Below, in pieces: positions 26,573 to 36,548 of a stretch of DNA of 40,861 nucleotides (within the stretch, counting starts at the first letter, position 1; the number at the start of each line of letters is the position of its first letter). Source of the DNA: an uncultured Gammaproteobacteria bacterium. Lineage in GTDB: Bacteria; Patescibacteriota; Patescibacteriia; Magasanikbacterales; 2-02-FULL-50-9b. The position numbers and the translations under genes are program-made. The notes beneath the pieces are model-generated. The model saw only the letters and a program-made list of their open reading frames with translations, had not been told where the DNA came from and did not search any database. The stretch is from NCBI GenBank assembly GCA_964623315.1, contig CAZUSU010000031.1, forward strand, positions 1 to 40,861. Direction: 5' to 3'.

Positions 26573-27259
26573 ATGTTCACGTTTACTCACGAACAATTGA
26601 GCGGACCGTTGGATTTGCTGTTGCAATTAGTGGAAGACGAACGGCTGTCCATTTCTGATGTGGCTCTCGCGGATCTGACACAAAAATATTTACAGCACGT
26701 GCAGGCAGGGGAAAAACTGGATGAAGCGGAGATGGCGGATTTTTTGGTGATAGCGGCAAAACTTTTATATCTCAAATCAAAACAGTTATTGCCGTCGCTG
26801 GTGCCGGACAGCGAAGACGCATCGGATTTGGAGCGTCAACTAAAAATGTACGAACGGTTTGTGCGCGCGTCCGAAGAACTTCGCACTTTGCTGGAGCGCG
26901 AGCGGTTTATGTATGCGCGCCAATTAATTACCGTGCGCGCCGAAGGGTTTCAGCCACCACGCGCGCAGACCGCGGCGCGGCTTGCGGCGGTTATGCAAGA
27001 AGTGGTTACGCGCTATTGCACCGAACCACTCGCCGAGGTTTCTGTACAGCGCACGATGTCACTCACAGAAAAAATTGAAGCTGTGCAAAAACTGCTCAAA
27101 ACCATGCGCCGTTCTTCTTTGCATGATTTTGTCGTGGACGCATCCAATAAAGCTGATATAATTGTGACGTTCCTTGCACTGCTTGAATTGGTGAAGCAAC
27201 GTTCGGTTTCCGTTGCACAATCACAACATTTTGAAAATATTCATGTGACTCCCGTATGA
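26573..27259 (+). CDS. scpA: Segregation and condensation protein A
   Basis: GPLDLLLQLVEDERLSISDVALADLTQKYL kleisin N-terminus. Confidence 0.85.
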   Translation: MFTFTHEQLSGPLDLLLQLVEDERLSISDVALADLTQKYLQHVQAGEKLDEAEMADFLVIAAKLLYLKSKQLLPSLVPDSEDASDLERQLKMYERFVRASEELRTLLERERFMYARQLITVRAEGFQPPRAQTAARLAAVMQEVVTRYCTEPLAEVSVQRTMSLTEKIEAVQKLLKTMRRSSLHDFVVDASNKADIIVTFLALLELVKQRSVSVAQSQHFENIHVTPV

Positions 27260-27804
27260 CGCGTGCCCATCTTGAAGCACTCCTTTTTATGTCCGCTAAA
27301 CCGCTTGCACGTAAACAACTGCGGATTCTTTTGTCATGCGACGCGGCGCAGTTGCAAAAATGGATTGACGAATTAATTGAAAGATACGACGATGAAACCT
27401 GCGGGGTTCGACTTGTCACCAACGGCGATGAATTGCAATTATTAACCGCGCCGTCGTGCCGCGCGCTTGCAGAAACATTTTTAAAAGAAGAAGCATCCGG
27501 CGAGTTGACGCGGCCGCAATTGGAAACACTCACCATCATTGCGTATCGTGCGCCGGTTTCCAAACCGGACATAGAACAGATTCGCGGAATTAACTGCACG
27601 CTCATTTTACGAAATTTATTATGGCGCGGATTAATAGAGGAAACCGTCGGCTCAACAGCAGAAATACCCGTGTACCGCGTGACCATGGATTTTGTGCGTT
27701 ACCTTGGCATGACATCCGTTGAAAAATTACCTCAATACGAATCACTTCATGTATGCGACATTTCATCGCCGTTGTTGCCTTCACCGCAGTCGTCGGCGTC
27801 ATAG
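27256..27804 (+). CDS. scpB: Segregation and condensation protein B
   Basis: LEALLFMSAKPL..., two winged-helix segments, overlaps scpA stop. Confidence 0.85.
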   Translation: MTRAHLEALLFMSAKPLARKQLRILLSCDAAQLQKWIDELIERYDDETCGVRLVTNGDELQLLTAPSCRALAETFLKEEASGELTRPQLETLTIIAYRAPVSKPDIEQIRGINCTLILRNLLWRGLIEETVGSTAEIPVYRVTMDFVRYLGMTSVEKLPQYESLHVCDISSPLLPSPQSSAS

Positions 27805-28718
27805 CGGCCGAACGCACACCGGCGGTACAAGCTCGTGCAACCGTTGCTGATGTTACGCTTGACCGTCTTTCTGATATTGCATCGTGGCCATTGCGGATGG
27901 TAATTCCGGATCCGCCGGCGCCGCCGATGCCGCCCACACGCATACGGCAGGAGGATTTTCGTGCCGTGCTGTCCGCGCCGCGCGCCCTCGTGGTTGATCA
28001 ACGGACGGACACGGTGTTATATGCAAAAAATCCGGACACGTCCCAGTCGCTTGCTTCGCTCACAAAATTAATGACCGCACTGCTGGCAACGGATTTGATT
28101 CTTGATTGGAATGCAACGACAACCATTACCGCGTCGCACATTCGTGAGGGAAACCAAACGCTCGCGCCGGGGAACATTTATTCGGCGGAAGATTTATTTG
28201 CCGCCAGTTTAGTTGGTTCTATAAATACGGCAATGATTGCGTTCGTGGAAATGACCGGACTGACCGAATCAGAATTTGTGGAGGAGATGAATGTGCGTGC
28301 GCGGCAACTCGGGCTCGCATCCATGCATTTTGTTGATGCGACCGGATTGTCCGGCAAAAATGTGGGGAGTGCTCGTGATGTGGCGCGTCTGTTAAAAATT
28401 TCTTTGTCCCATCCGCGCATTAAAGTGGCCAGTGTACGCGACCGCGCGATGATTCGCGAATTAAAATCCGGAGAAATAAAATTAGTTAAGGCCACGGATT
28501 GGTTGTTGACCAATATCGTTCCCCTTTCGGTTGCTCATGTGGAAGGAGGGAAGACGGGCTACATTGCCGAGGCGGGCTTTAATTTTGCCGTTCAACTGCA
28601 AAATGATGCGGGGAATGAAATTCGGGTGGTGGTGTTGGGTGCCACGGATGTTTATAAACGGTTTACGGAAACGGCCGCGTTGGCCGCATGGACGTATGAG
28701 ACGTACGAATGGAAGTGA
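27753..28718 (+). CDS. D-alanyl-D-alanine carboxypeptidase (peptidase S11, PBP5-like)
   Basis: Signal anchor; SLTK (SxxK), GSINT (SxN), GKTGY (KTG) motifs; start overlaps scpB by 52 nt. Confidence 0.85.
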   Translation: MRHFIAVVAFTAVVGVIAAERTPAVQARATVADVTLDRLSDIASWPLRMVIPDPPAPPMPPTRIRQEDFRAVLSAPRALVVDQRTDTVLYAKNPDTSQSLASLTKLMTALLATDLILDWNATTTITASHIREGNQTLAPGNIYSAEDLFAASLVGSINTAMIAFVEMTGLTESEFVEEMNVRARQLGLASMHFVDATGLSGKNVGSARDVARLLKISLSHPRIKVASVRDRAMIRELKSGEIKLVKATDWLLTNIVPLSVAHVEGGKTGYIAEAGFNFAVQLQNDAGNEIRVVVLGATDVYKRFTETAALAAWTYETYEWK

Positions 28719-28756
28719 TGGAAAAAAAGGGGGAGCCAGCCGTCGGTGAGGAGGGG

Positions 28757-29350
28757 TTAGAAGTTGTCGTTTGACGGCTGGCTAGAAAAAGAGAGACGAG
28801 ACGGTACTTCGGGAGCTCGCAGATCGAACCAGAGACGCGTCGCATTTTTGCGTGCCTGCTCAATGGCAATTCGTACGGCAGGTGGTGCGTCGCCGTGCTT
28901 GCCGAGTTGCAGTCGCATGCCGTCCTGCCATGCTTGCTGGAGCATTTTTTTGCGGTGAATGGCATCCATCAGCTTGATGAGTCCGGTGATGGGAGACAAC
29001 TCTGTATCCCAGATAAGATAGCGACGCTCGTCGTACACTACCAGCTCATCGTGCAGATCCCTCTTGGTCCTCGGGCCAATGATGATCATGCCGCCCGTGC
29101 GATGGTCAAGGATCACTGATGGCGCATCTTTTGGTTTCCTTACACTGATGCATGACACCTCATATGCGTTGTCGCGCCGGCACCACGCGATTGCGATGTC
29201 GCGTAATTCTGCCAGAAGTTGCGCAACCTCCAAGGTGGTGATTTCGCAGTTCAGCGGGACTGGCGTCTCGGCGCGATCGAAAAGCGCCAGCTCATCAGGC
29301 GGAATTACTTGCCGCCACGGGGTGAAAGTGACGCGGGGTTTATCGTCCAT
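28757..29350 (-). CDS. Hypothetical protein (GC-rich islet), no family recognised
   Basis: ORF 28757-29449 trimmed to ATG 29350, which has GGAGG 5 nt upstream; 197 aa. Confidence 0.7.
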   Translation of the reverse strand: MDDKPRVTFTPWRQVIPPDELALFDRAETPVPLNCEITTLEVAQLLAELRDIAIAWCRRDNAYEVSCISVRKPKDAPSVILDHRTGGMIIIGPRTKRDLHDELVVYDERRYLIWDTELSPITGLIKLMDAIHRKKMLQQAWQDGMRLQLGKHGDAPPAVRIAIEQARKNATRLWFDLRAPEVPSRLSFSSQPSNDNF

Positions 29351-29537
29351 GCAGACCTCCGTATTGTGGACCGGTATGTTGTACCATGTTGAAATCGTGA
29401 GGTCAAGAGGACTTTCGCGTGTGCACGGCGGATTTGCCCTCCTCGCCAAGCATCTGGCTCGTCGGGACCTGGCCGTGTGCGGTACACGCTACGCACGCTC
29501 GCGTGTGCACACGGCCTTCAAATCCTTTCTTCCATAA

Positions 29538-29576
29538 GGCATAATAAAATACCCACGAAGTGTGGGTATTTTATTA

Positions 29577-29580
<4 letters not shown>
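29538..29580. terminator. Perfect 19-bp hairpin abutting the tRNA-Met 3' end
   Basis: GGCATAATAAAATACCCAC-GAAGT-GTGGGTATTTTATTATGCC; its right arm overlaps the last 4 nt of tRNA-Met. Confidence 0.45.
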
Positions 29581-29648
<68 letters not shown>

Positions 29649-29671
29649 CGGTTGCCGTAAAATTTCTTATT

Positions 29672-29755
29672 TGCCCGGAGAGAGAATCGAACTCTCATGA
29701 CCTTGCGATCGCAGGATTTTGAGTCCTGTGCGTCTACCAATTCCGCCATCCGGGC
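29672..29755 (-). tRNA. tRNA-Leu (anticodon CAA), type II
   Basis: GCCCGGA acceptor, anticodon arm CAGGA-CTCAAAA-TCCTG, variable stem GATC/GGTC, T arm GAGAG-TTCGATT-CTCTC. Confidence 0.92.
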
Positions 29756-29790
29756 GCATCATAAAGAGTGCGCCTCACTATTCGGGTGAG

Positions 29791-29818
29791 ATTATAGCAT
29801 TTTTTTATCCGTTGTCAA
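29791..29818 (-). promoter_or_regulatory. Consensus promoter for the tRNA-Leu/tRNA-Met unit
   Basis: Minus strand TTGACA (29818-29813), 16 nt, TATAAT (29796-29791); about 35 nt upstream of the tRNA-Leu 5' end. Confidence 0.55.
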
Positions 29819-29840
29819 AGGTGCCGAACTGCGGTATACT
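29812..29840 (+). promoter_or_regulatory. Candidate promoter for parA, sharing its -35 region with the divergent tRNA promoter
   Basis: TTGTCA (29812-29817), 17 nt, TATACT (29835-29840); 10 nt to ATG 29851, no SD. Confidence 0.5.
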
Positions 29841-29850
29841 GCCGTGTACT

Positions 29851-30666
29851 ATGGGTCGTATTATAGCAGTCGTTAACCAAAAAGGCGGGGTCGGAAAAAC
29901 GACTACGGCAATTAATGTTTCTGCCTATTTAGCCGACCGCGGGAAGTTTGTTTTGCTTGTGGACAGCGATCCGCAAGCCAACGCAACGAGTGGGGTGGGT
30001 CATAGTTATCGCGAATTGCCGCACGGTTTGTATGATGCGCTCGTTGGTTTAAAGCCCCTGCGCGACGTCGTCCACCCAACGGTTATTGACGGATTTCGCA
30101 TTGTACCTGCAACACCTGCGCTCGCTGGCGCCAATGTTGAACTGGTTGGCGTTGATCGGCGAGAATTTCGTCTGCGCGATTTACTTGAAGAACAGGTGCA
30201 TGCGTATGATTATATTATCATTGACTGTCCGCCGTCGCTCGGACTTTTAACGGTCAACGGTTTGGTTGCGGCACACGAACTGCTCATTCCGGTGCAGGCA
30301 GAATATTATGCACTGGAAGGCCTCGGTCAATTATTGGAAACGATTGGGTTGGTCAAAGAAAGCATTAACACCAATTTAAAAATATTGGGCGCGGTCATCA
30401 CCATGTATGATAACCGGAATAAATTATCTAAAGATGTGGACGAAGAATTGCGTAAATTTTTTCCTGATAAAATCTTTGAAACGATTATCCCGCGCAACGT
30501 AAAGTTGGCAGAGGCGCCTAGTTTTGGTAAAGTGATTATGCACTACGATAAATTTTCGCGCGGCGCACAGGCCTATGCGGCGCTTGCCGATGAAATTATA
30601 GGAGTGCATACGCCCGTGTCCGCTGACCCTGCGGTGGCGATGCCCCTTAAGGAGTTTACCCTTTAA
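29851..30666 (+). CDS. parA: Chromosome partitioning ATPase ParA/Soj
   Basis: ORF 29719-30666 trimmed to ATG 29851 to clear tRNA-Leu; MGRIIAVVNQKGGVGKTTT deviant Walker A. Confidence 0.93.
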   Translation: MGRIIAVVNQKGGVGKTTTAINVSAYLADRGKFVLLVDSDPQANATSGVGHSYRELPHGLYDALVGLKPLRDVVHPTVIDGFRIVPATPALAGANVELVGVDRREFRLRDLLEEQVHAYDYIIIDCPPSLGLLTVNGLVAAHELLIPVQAEYYALEGLGQLLETIGLVKESINTNLKILGAVITMYDNRNKLSKDVDEELRKFFPDKIFETIIPRNVKLAEAPSFGKVIMHYDKFSRGAQAYAALADEIIGVHTPVSADPAVAMPLKEFTL

Positions 30667-30670
30667 TGTT

Positions 30671-31522
30671 ATGGCACTTGGACGAGGTTTACAATCAATT
30701 ATTCCCGCATCAAAAACAGTGACGCCCTCGCGTGCCAGTGTTTCTTCGCATAAAATTTGGCACATTCCCGTGGAAGAAATTTGTCCGAATCCGCATCAGC
30801 CGCGGCGCATTTTTAACGATGATGAAATGCACGAGCTCACCGAAAGCATCCGTATCCACGGCATGATACAACCAATTGTGGTAACAGAACTTCCGAGCGG
30901 CACGTATGAATTAATTGCCGGTGAACGACGCTGGCGCGCGAGTAAAAATTTGCACCTTGCCACCGTGCCGGCGATTGTGCGTACGGCCGCAAATCATGAA
31001 AAATTAGAATTCGCCATTATTGAAAATATCCAGCGTGCAGATTTATCTGCGGTAGATGAGGCGTACAGTTATCGTCGTCTGCGCGACGAGTTTGGATTAT
31101 CGCTGGATGACGTTGCAAAGCGTGTCGGTAAAAGTCGTCCGCACGTTTCTAATATGATTCGCCTGCTCGATTTGCCTGACGAGATTTTAGATAACGTGGC
31201 GCGCGGATTGTTGTCCATGGGCAAGGCGCGCGCTTTGCTTAGTTTAAACACACCGCAAGAGCAGATTGACGTCATGCATAGCATGATGGGCGAGGGAATG
31301 ACCACGCGCGAGGTAGAACAGTCCGTACAATTGCGTGTGCGGCGCGCACCGCGCAATAAGGCGGCAAATTTACAGTACATTGAATCAGAATTGCGTACGG
31401 CGCTCGGCACCAAAGTTACGGTGGCGCGGCGCGGGCAAAAGGGCACTATTACCATAGAATATTATTCACCGGAGGATTTGGAACGGCTGGTCGGTATACT
31501 GCGCGCGGTAAACAGTCGCTAA
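30671..31522 (+). CDS. parB: Chromosome partitioning protein ParB/Spo0J
   Basis: NPHQPRR, QPIVV, LIAGERRWRA, HTH GKSRPHVSNMIRLL. Confidence 0.93.
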   Translation: MALGRGLQSIIPASKTVTPSRASVSSHKIWHIPVEEICPNPHQPRRIFNDDEMHELTESIRIHGMIQPIVVTELPSGTYELIAGERRWRASKNLHLATVPAIVRTAANHEKLEFAIIENIQRADLSAVDEAYSYRRLRDEFGLSLDDVAKRVGKSRPHVSNMIRLLDLPDEILDNVARGLLSMGKARALLSLNTPQEQIDVMHSMMGEGMTTREVEQSVQLRVRRAPRNKAANLQYIESELRTALGTKVTVARRGQKGTITIEYYSPEDLERLVGILRAVNSR

Positions 31523-33016
31523 TTATTTACGCCCCGGTAAAGCGGACTTTAACCAATCCGCAAGCGATGATTTTGCGAACTGCTTAACACATTGGCGCGC
31601 GTGCGCCGTTTTAACGAACTTAATCCAATCGGCGGAAGGCCCTTTTTTTGTTTTGTCCACAATAATTTCTATCACATCGCCGCTTTTGAGCGGTTGATCC
31701 AGCACTGATATGCGATCGTTTACGCGCGCGCCGGCGCACTGGTTGCCGATGTGCGTGTGCACGGCGTATGCAAAATCAACCGGCGTGGCATTTTCCGGTA
31801 AGTCAATGACGTCACCTTTGGGGGTAAACACAAAAATACGATTTTCAAAAATATCAATTTTGAGATTCGCCAAGTCCTTGAGTCGTTCCATGGCATCGCC
31901 TGCGGCGGCAAGTTCACGCACCCACTTGAGCTGACGCGGGGCGCGTTTGGAACCGGTTTCATCATATGTCCAGTGTGCGGCAATACCATATTCCGCATTG
32001 ATGTGTTGCTGATAGTCACGTATTTGAAATTCGGCAATCTGGCTTTGTTCACAGAATACGGTGGTATGGAGTGATTGATATCCGTTGGGCTTTGGTTGCG
32101 CAATATAATCTTTAATGCGGCCGGGCATGGGGCGCCACAATTTATGAATGACGCCGAGCGCCGCATAACAATCGCTCACATCTTCCACAATAACGCGTAA
32201 GGCGATTAGGTCGTTAATTTTTTCAATATCTTTATCGTGGCGCAATAATTTTTCGTACAAACTGTACAGTCGTTTTAAACGTCCATGCACGGAACGCACG
32301 CGCACTCCCGCGGTTTGCAGTTCTGCCACAAGGATATCCTTTACCGCATTAATGTACATCTCTTTTTTTACATAGCGTTCTTCCACCAGCCCGCGTACCC
32401 ACGCATATTCTTTTGGATAGACAAATTTAAACGAGGTATCCTCCAATTGTCCTTTCATTTCGCCCATACCAAGGCGATTGGCGATGGGCGCAAAAATTTC
32501 CAGTGTTTCCAACGCGATGCGATATTGTTTTTTAGGCGGTAAGTGATCAAGAGTGTACAAATTATGCAAGCGATCCGCAAATTTAATAATGATGACACGA
32601 ATATCTTCTGCCATGGCCACAAACATTTTACGCAAATTTTCTATGTACCGTTCAATGCCGCGATATTTAATTTTTCCCAATTTTGTGACGCCCGCGACGA
32701 GATGGGTAATTTCTTTGCCAAAATTTTTTTCTATTTCGTCTAGGGGAACGTCCGTATCTTCCGGCACATCATGGAGTAATCCGGCTATGACTATAGTCGG
32801 ATCAAGGTTCATTTCCGCGAGCGTGATGGCGGTGCACAAAGGGTGCACAATATAGGGTTCGCCGGATTTTCGCATTTGCCCCCGATGCGCTTGTTCGGCA
32901 AATTCATACGCCAAATGAACCATCGTGACATCTGCATTTGGACGGCGTGCCAAAATGGTTTGGATAAGTAAATCTAAGGTAGGACTCTGCGGTGGGGGAG
33001 AATCAAGAGGGTACAT
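31523..33016 (-). CDS. rel: Bifunctional (p)ppGpp synthetase/hydrolase (long RSH), truncated after the TGS domain
   Basis: HD hydrolase (HPL...LLHDVPEDT), synthetase (YQSLHTTV), TGS (FVFTPKGDVIDLP...) but only 497 aa. Confidence 0.93.
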   Translation of the reverse strand: MYPLDSPPPQSPTLDLLIQTILARRPNADVTMVHLAYEFAEQAHRGQMRKSGEPYIVHPLCTAITLAEMNLDPTIVIAGLLHDVPEDTDVPLDEIEKNFGKEITHLVAGVTKLGKIKYRGIERYIENLRKMFVAMAEDIRVIIIKFADRLHNLYTLDHLPPKKQYRIALETLEIFAPIANRLGMGEMKGQLEDTSFKFVYPKEYAWVRGLVEERYVKKEMYINAVKDILVAELQTAGVRVRSVHGRLKRLYSLYEKLLRHDKDIEKINDLIALRVIVEDVSDCYAALGVIHKLWRPMPGRIKDYIAQPKPNGYQSLHTTVFCEQSQIAEFQIRDYQQHINAEYGIAAHWTYDETGSKRAPRQLKWVRELAAAGDAMERLKDLANLKIDIFENRIFVFTPKGDVIDLPENATPVDFAYAVHTHIGNQCAGARVNDRISVLDQPLKSGDVIEIIVDKTKKGPSADWIKFVKTAHARQCVKQFAKSSLADWLKSALPGRK

Positions 33017-33028
33017 TCTGTTGAAAGG

Positions 33029-35092
33029 TCACTCCTTCTTTTTTCGCTCGCGCGTTTGGCACTCCTTATTTGAACACTGTACCACACCCTTGCGTGGTTC
33101 TACGAGCATGGCGTTGCAGGTGGGGCAAAAATTGCCCGTGGGAAGATCCCAGTATGCATTTTTACATTGCGGATATTTATTGCAAGAATAAAAAACTTTA
33201 CCGCGTTTTGAGCGACGTTTCACTATGCCGCCGTCAGGACACACGGGACACGGAACAATAATTTCTTGGGCAATGGGTTTGGTATTTTTGCACGCCGGAT
33301 AACCGGAGCATGCCATAAATTTGCCAAACCGACCGGTTTTAATGACCATCATTTTTTTGCACGTCTCACAGGGGATGTCCGTTATTACATCCGGCGCTTT
33401 GATAGCTTTTACCGATTTTGTTTTTTCTATCAGATTTTCTTTGAACGGATCGTAAAATTTGTGTAGCACGGGCACCATCTGTTGTGTTCCTTCGGCAACG
33501 TCATCTAAATCTTGTTCAAGATTGGCGGTAAATTGGTAATCGGTGATATGGGGAAAATGTTCTACCAATAAATCCGTTACAGTAAACGCAATCTCCGTGG
33601 GCCCGAGGCGTCGTTTTTCATCGCGCTCAACGTAACCGCGATCAATAATGGTTGCAATGGTTGGCGCATACGTTGAAGGACGACCAATTCCGTGTTCTTC
33701 CAATTCTTTAACGAGCGTTGCGTCGTTATAACGCGCGGGCGGCTCGGTGAAATGTTGGTTGGGGGTTATGCTTTTTGCGGGCACGCGCGCTCCCTCAATT
33801 ACTGCCGGCAGTAAAGTGTCCTTGTGTTGATCCGGATACACGGCCAAAAAACCGGTGAACGTAATAATTTGTCCGGCGGCGCGAAAGGCGTATGTTTTTT
33901 TATCCGTGCCGGTAGTGTGCAGAGTGATAGCCGTTTGGTCAAAACGTGCGGGGGTCATTTGTGAGGCAACGGCGCGGCACCAGATTAAATCATACAGTTT
34001 TGCCATTTTTGCATCGCCGCCGCGCGCGGTAATTTGTTCGCCGGTTACGCGCACATCCGTGGGACGAATTGCCTCGTGCGCTTCTTGTGCGCCTTTTGAT
34101 TTTGTTTTGAATGTGCGGGGGCCGGCGGTGTATTCTGCGCCAAATTTGCTTTTGATAAAATCAACGGCTTCTTGCTGAAATTCCACAGACAGGTTTACCG
34201 AATCCGTTCGCATGTACGTGATGAGGCCATGTTCGTATAATCGCTGTGCGAGCATCATTGTTGCTTTGGCCGATGCGCCAAGACGGCGGTTCGCTTCCTG
34301 TTGTAGTGTTGACGTGGTAAACGGCGCCGCGCTTTCGCGAGTAGACTGTTTACGCGCGATAGAGATAACCGTCAGGGGGTCGGGAGGGATGGCGGCGACA
34401 ATTTTTGCCGCGGATTCGGCAGTGGTGATTGAAAATTTTTCTAATTTGTTCTCATCAATGCTCACGAGATGCGCGTTAAAAGTATCTGGGGCGCCTTCAG
34501 CGTTCAGCACGGCATCAATCGTCCAGTATTCTTCCGGTTTAAATTTTTGAATTTCACGTTCGCGTTCTACCACAAAACGCACGGCGACACTTTGCACGCG
34601 ACCGGCAGACAAACCATTCTGCACCTTTTTCCATAAAAAGGGCGACAGTTCAAAACCGACGAGGCGATCCACCATACGACGCGCCTGCTGGGCATCAACC
34701 AGTTTAAGATCCAGTTTGCGTGGATGGGCGAGCGCGCTGTCTATGGCGCGTTTGGTAATTTCGTGAAACGTAATACGCTTAATTTTTTCTGGATTTTCTC
34801 CCAACACTTCGGCAAGGTGCCATGAAATTGCTTCCCCTTCGCGGTCTTCATCAGTTGCAAATAAAATTTCGTCGGCATCGGCGGCGAGCGCTTTTAATTC
34901 TTTGACGCGTTTTGATTTATCGCGCGGCACCAAATATTGCGGCGTAAAATCATGAGCAACATCAATGCCCAATTTTGATTTTGGCAAGTCGCGAATATGT
35001 CCAAATGAGGACTCAACGCGGTACTCTTTTCCCAAAAATTTGCTGATTGTTTTTGCTTTCGTGGGCGATTCAACGATAACAAGTCGTGACAT
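33029..35092 (-). CDS. topA: DNA topoisomerase I with C-terminal zinc ribbons
   Basis: 687 aa; TOPRIM MSRLVIVESPTKA, active site region LITYMRTDS, several CxxC...CxxC fingers. Confidence 0.97.
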   Translation of the reverse strand: MSRLVIVESPTKAKTISKFLGKEYRVESSFGHIRDLPKSKLGIDVAHDFTPQYLVPRDKSKRVKELKALAADADEILFATDEDREGEAISWHLAEVLGENPEKIKRITFHEITKRAIDSALAHPRKLDLKLVDAQQARRMVDRLVGFELSPFLWKKVQNGLSAGRVQSVAVRFVVEREREIQKFKPEEYWTIDAVLNAEGAPDTFNAHLVSIDENKLEKFSITTAESAAKIVAAIPPDPLTVISIARKQSTRESAAPFTTSTLQQEANRRLGASAKATMMLAQRLYEHGLITYMRTDSVNLSVEFQQEAVDFIKSKFGAEYTAGPRTFKTKSKGAQEAHEAIRPTDVRVTGEQITARGGDAKMAKLYDLIWCRAVASQMTPARFDQTAITLHTTGTDKKTYAFRAAGQIITFTGFLAVYPDQHKDTLLPAVIEGARVPAKSITPNQHFTEPPARYNDATLVKELEEHGIGRPSTYAPTIATIIDRGYVERDEKRRLGPTEIAFTVTDLLVEHFPHITDYQFTANLEQDLDDVAEGTQQMVPVLHKFYDPFKENLIEKTKSVKAIKAPDVITDIPCETCKKMMVIKTGRFGKFMACSGYPACKNTKPIAQEIIVPCPVCPDGGIVKRRSKRGKVFYSCNKYPQCKNAYWDLPTGNFCPTCNAMLVEPRKGVVQCSNKECQTRERKKKE

Positions 35093-35126
35093 ATACCTTG
35101 AAAAATATCAGTTATTGGACAAATAG

Positions 35127-35999
35127 TCAAACCCGCACATATCCTTGGCCGGGGATTGAACGTGCCAAACCCATTATTTCTAGCCGCACCAACACCGATG
35201 AAACCGCCGTAAGCGACCAGTGCAAACGCGCCATGAGCCAATCAATGGTGCGCGGTTCATCGTTTAATTTTTCCAGCACACTGCGCTCATCGGCGGCAAC
35301 AATGAGCGCGGGCTGTGCGGCGGTGTTGGTCATCTGTAATAGGTCAAACACATCATCGGCAGAACGCACGAGCGCCGCGCCGTCTTTAATGAGTGCGTGT
35401 GTGCCGGCGGATTGCGGTGAAAAGATAGAGCCCGGAATGGCGTACACATCGCGATTATATTCCAGCGCGCATTTTGCCGTGATGAGTGTTCCCGAATCTG
35501 CCGTTGCCTCAACAATCAATGTGGCGCGGCACATGCCGGCAATGATGCGGTTGCGGACCGGAAATGTTCCGGGGTAAGCCGGTGAGCGGGGAGGATATTC
35601 GGAAATTAATGCGCCGCCACTTTCCAAAATACGCTGGGCAAGTCCGCGATGCGATGCCGGATAAATTGAAGCATCATCCACCCCACTGCCGAGCACGGCA
35701 ACCGTGATGCCGCCAGAGGATAAAGCGGCGCTGTGCGCGGCTCCATCGGCTCCCAGCGCTAAACCGGACACAATAACTAATCGCGCCGCAAGCGGCGGCA
35801 CTATTTCGGCGAGAGCGCGCGCACCATACGGGCTTAATCTACGCGAACCGATAACAGAAATAGCGGGGCGCGTGAGAGCGGTAATTGACCCGCGAACAAA
35901 AAGTTGTTTGGGTTTATCTTTTGTTTCTTGGAGTAAAGGCGGATATGCCGTATCAGCCGGCGTAACAGTAACAATGTCCGAAAAAATCCCTCCTTGCAT
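35127..35999 (-). CDS. dprA: DNA processing protein DprA/Smf
   Basis: VIGSRRLSPYGARA..., SGLALGADGAAH Rossmann-like motif; dprA-topA synteny. Confidence 0.9.
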   Translation of the reverse strand: MQGGIFSDIVTVTPADTAYPPLLQETKDKPKQLFVRGSITALTRPAISVIGSRRLSPYGARALAEIVPPLAARLVIVSGLALGADGAAHSAALSSGGITVAVLGSGVDDASIYPASHRGLAQRILESGGALISEYPPRSPAYPGTFPVRNRIIAGMCRATLIVEATADSGTLITAKCALEYNRDVYAIPGSIFSPQSAGTHALIKDGAALVRSADDVFDLLQMTNTAAQPALIVAADERSVLEKLNDEPRTIDWLMARLHWSLTAVSSVLVRLEIMGLARSIPGQGYVRV

Positions 36000-36013
36000 A
36001 GTGTGAAAATTGG

Positions 36014-36547
36014 TTATGGATGTTTCAGAATGATATCTTTCACTAATTGCGTGGCGCTGTCAAGTGCGCCTTCAAGCGCCGGTTGTTCGTCCGCAGAAAA
36101 TTTACTTAACACAAAGTCCGCGCCGTCGCCCACGCGTGGACCGACACCAATGCGTATGCGGTGGAGCGCCTGTGTGCCGAGTTGTTCAATAATATGTTCT
36201 ACGCCGTTATGGCCGGCGCTGGAACGGTCGTACTGCGCTTTGGCGGCTCCCACTAAGAAATCCAAATCATCGTGCAGTACTACTATGTGGGGGTGTGGAA
36301 TTTTATAAAAATGCGCCATCGCCTGAACCGCACGACCGGAAAGATTCATATAGGTATCCGGCATGGCAAACAGCACCTCGTTACCCGCAACGGTGCCGTT
36401 GGCCACGTGCGCGTCAAATTTTTTTTCTGCATGCCACGCTTTGGCGCCGCATTCTTCTGCTAACCGTTTGACGGCAATAAACCCGACGTTGTGTCGTGTG
36501 CCGTCGTAGATACTGCCCTTGTTACCGAGCCCTACCACTAACCACAT
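36014..36547 (-). CDS. pth: Peptidyl-tRNA hydrolase
   Basis: ORF 36014-36580 trimmed to ATG 36547 (MWLVVGLGNKGSIYDGTRHNVGF), 1 nt after der stop. Confidence 0.93.
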   Translation of the reverse strand: MWLVVGLGNKGSIYDGTRHNVGFIAVKRLAEECGAKAWHAEKKFDAHVANGTVAGNEVLFAMPDTYMNLSGRAVQAMAHFYKIPHPHIVVLHDDLDFLVGAAKAQYDRSSAGHNGVEHIIEQLGTQALHRIRIGVGPRVGDGADFVLSKFSADEQPALEGALDSATQLVKDIILKHP

Positions 36548-36548
36548 A

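Noticed and set aside
27753-27804. 52-nt overlap between scpB and the carboxypeptidase gene, as a possible frameshift or fusion
   Set aside because: Both frames are intact, and the downstream protein begins with a plausible signal anchor. A simple overlap or a slightly later start explains it.
29064-29537. 157-aa plus-strand ORF
   Set aside because: It is a Ser/Arg-rich antisense frame of the GC-rich gene 28757-29350, which has a proper GGAGG-ATG start.
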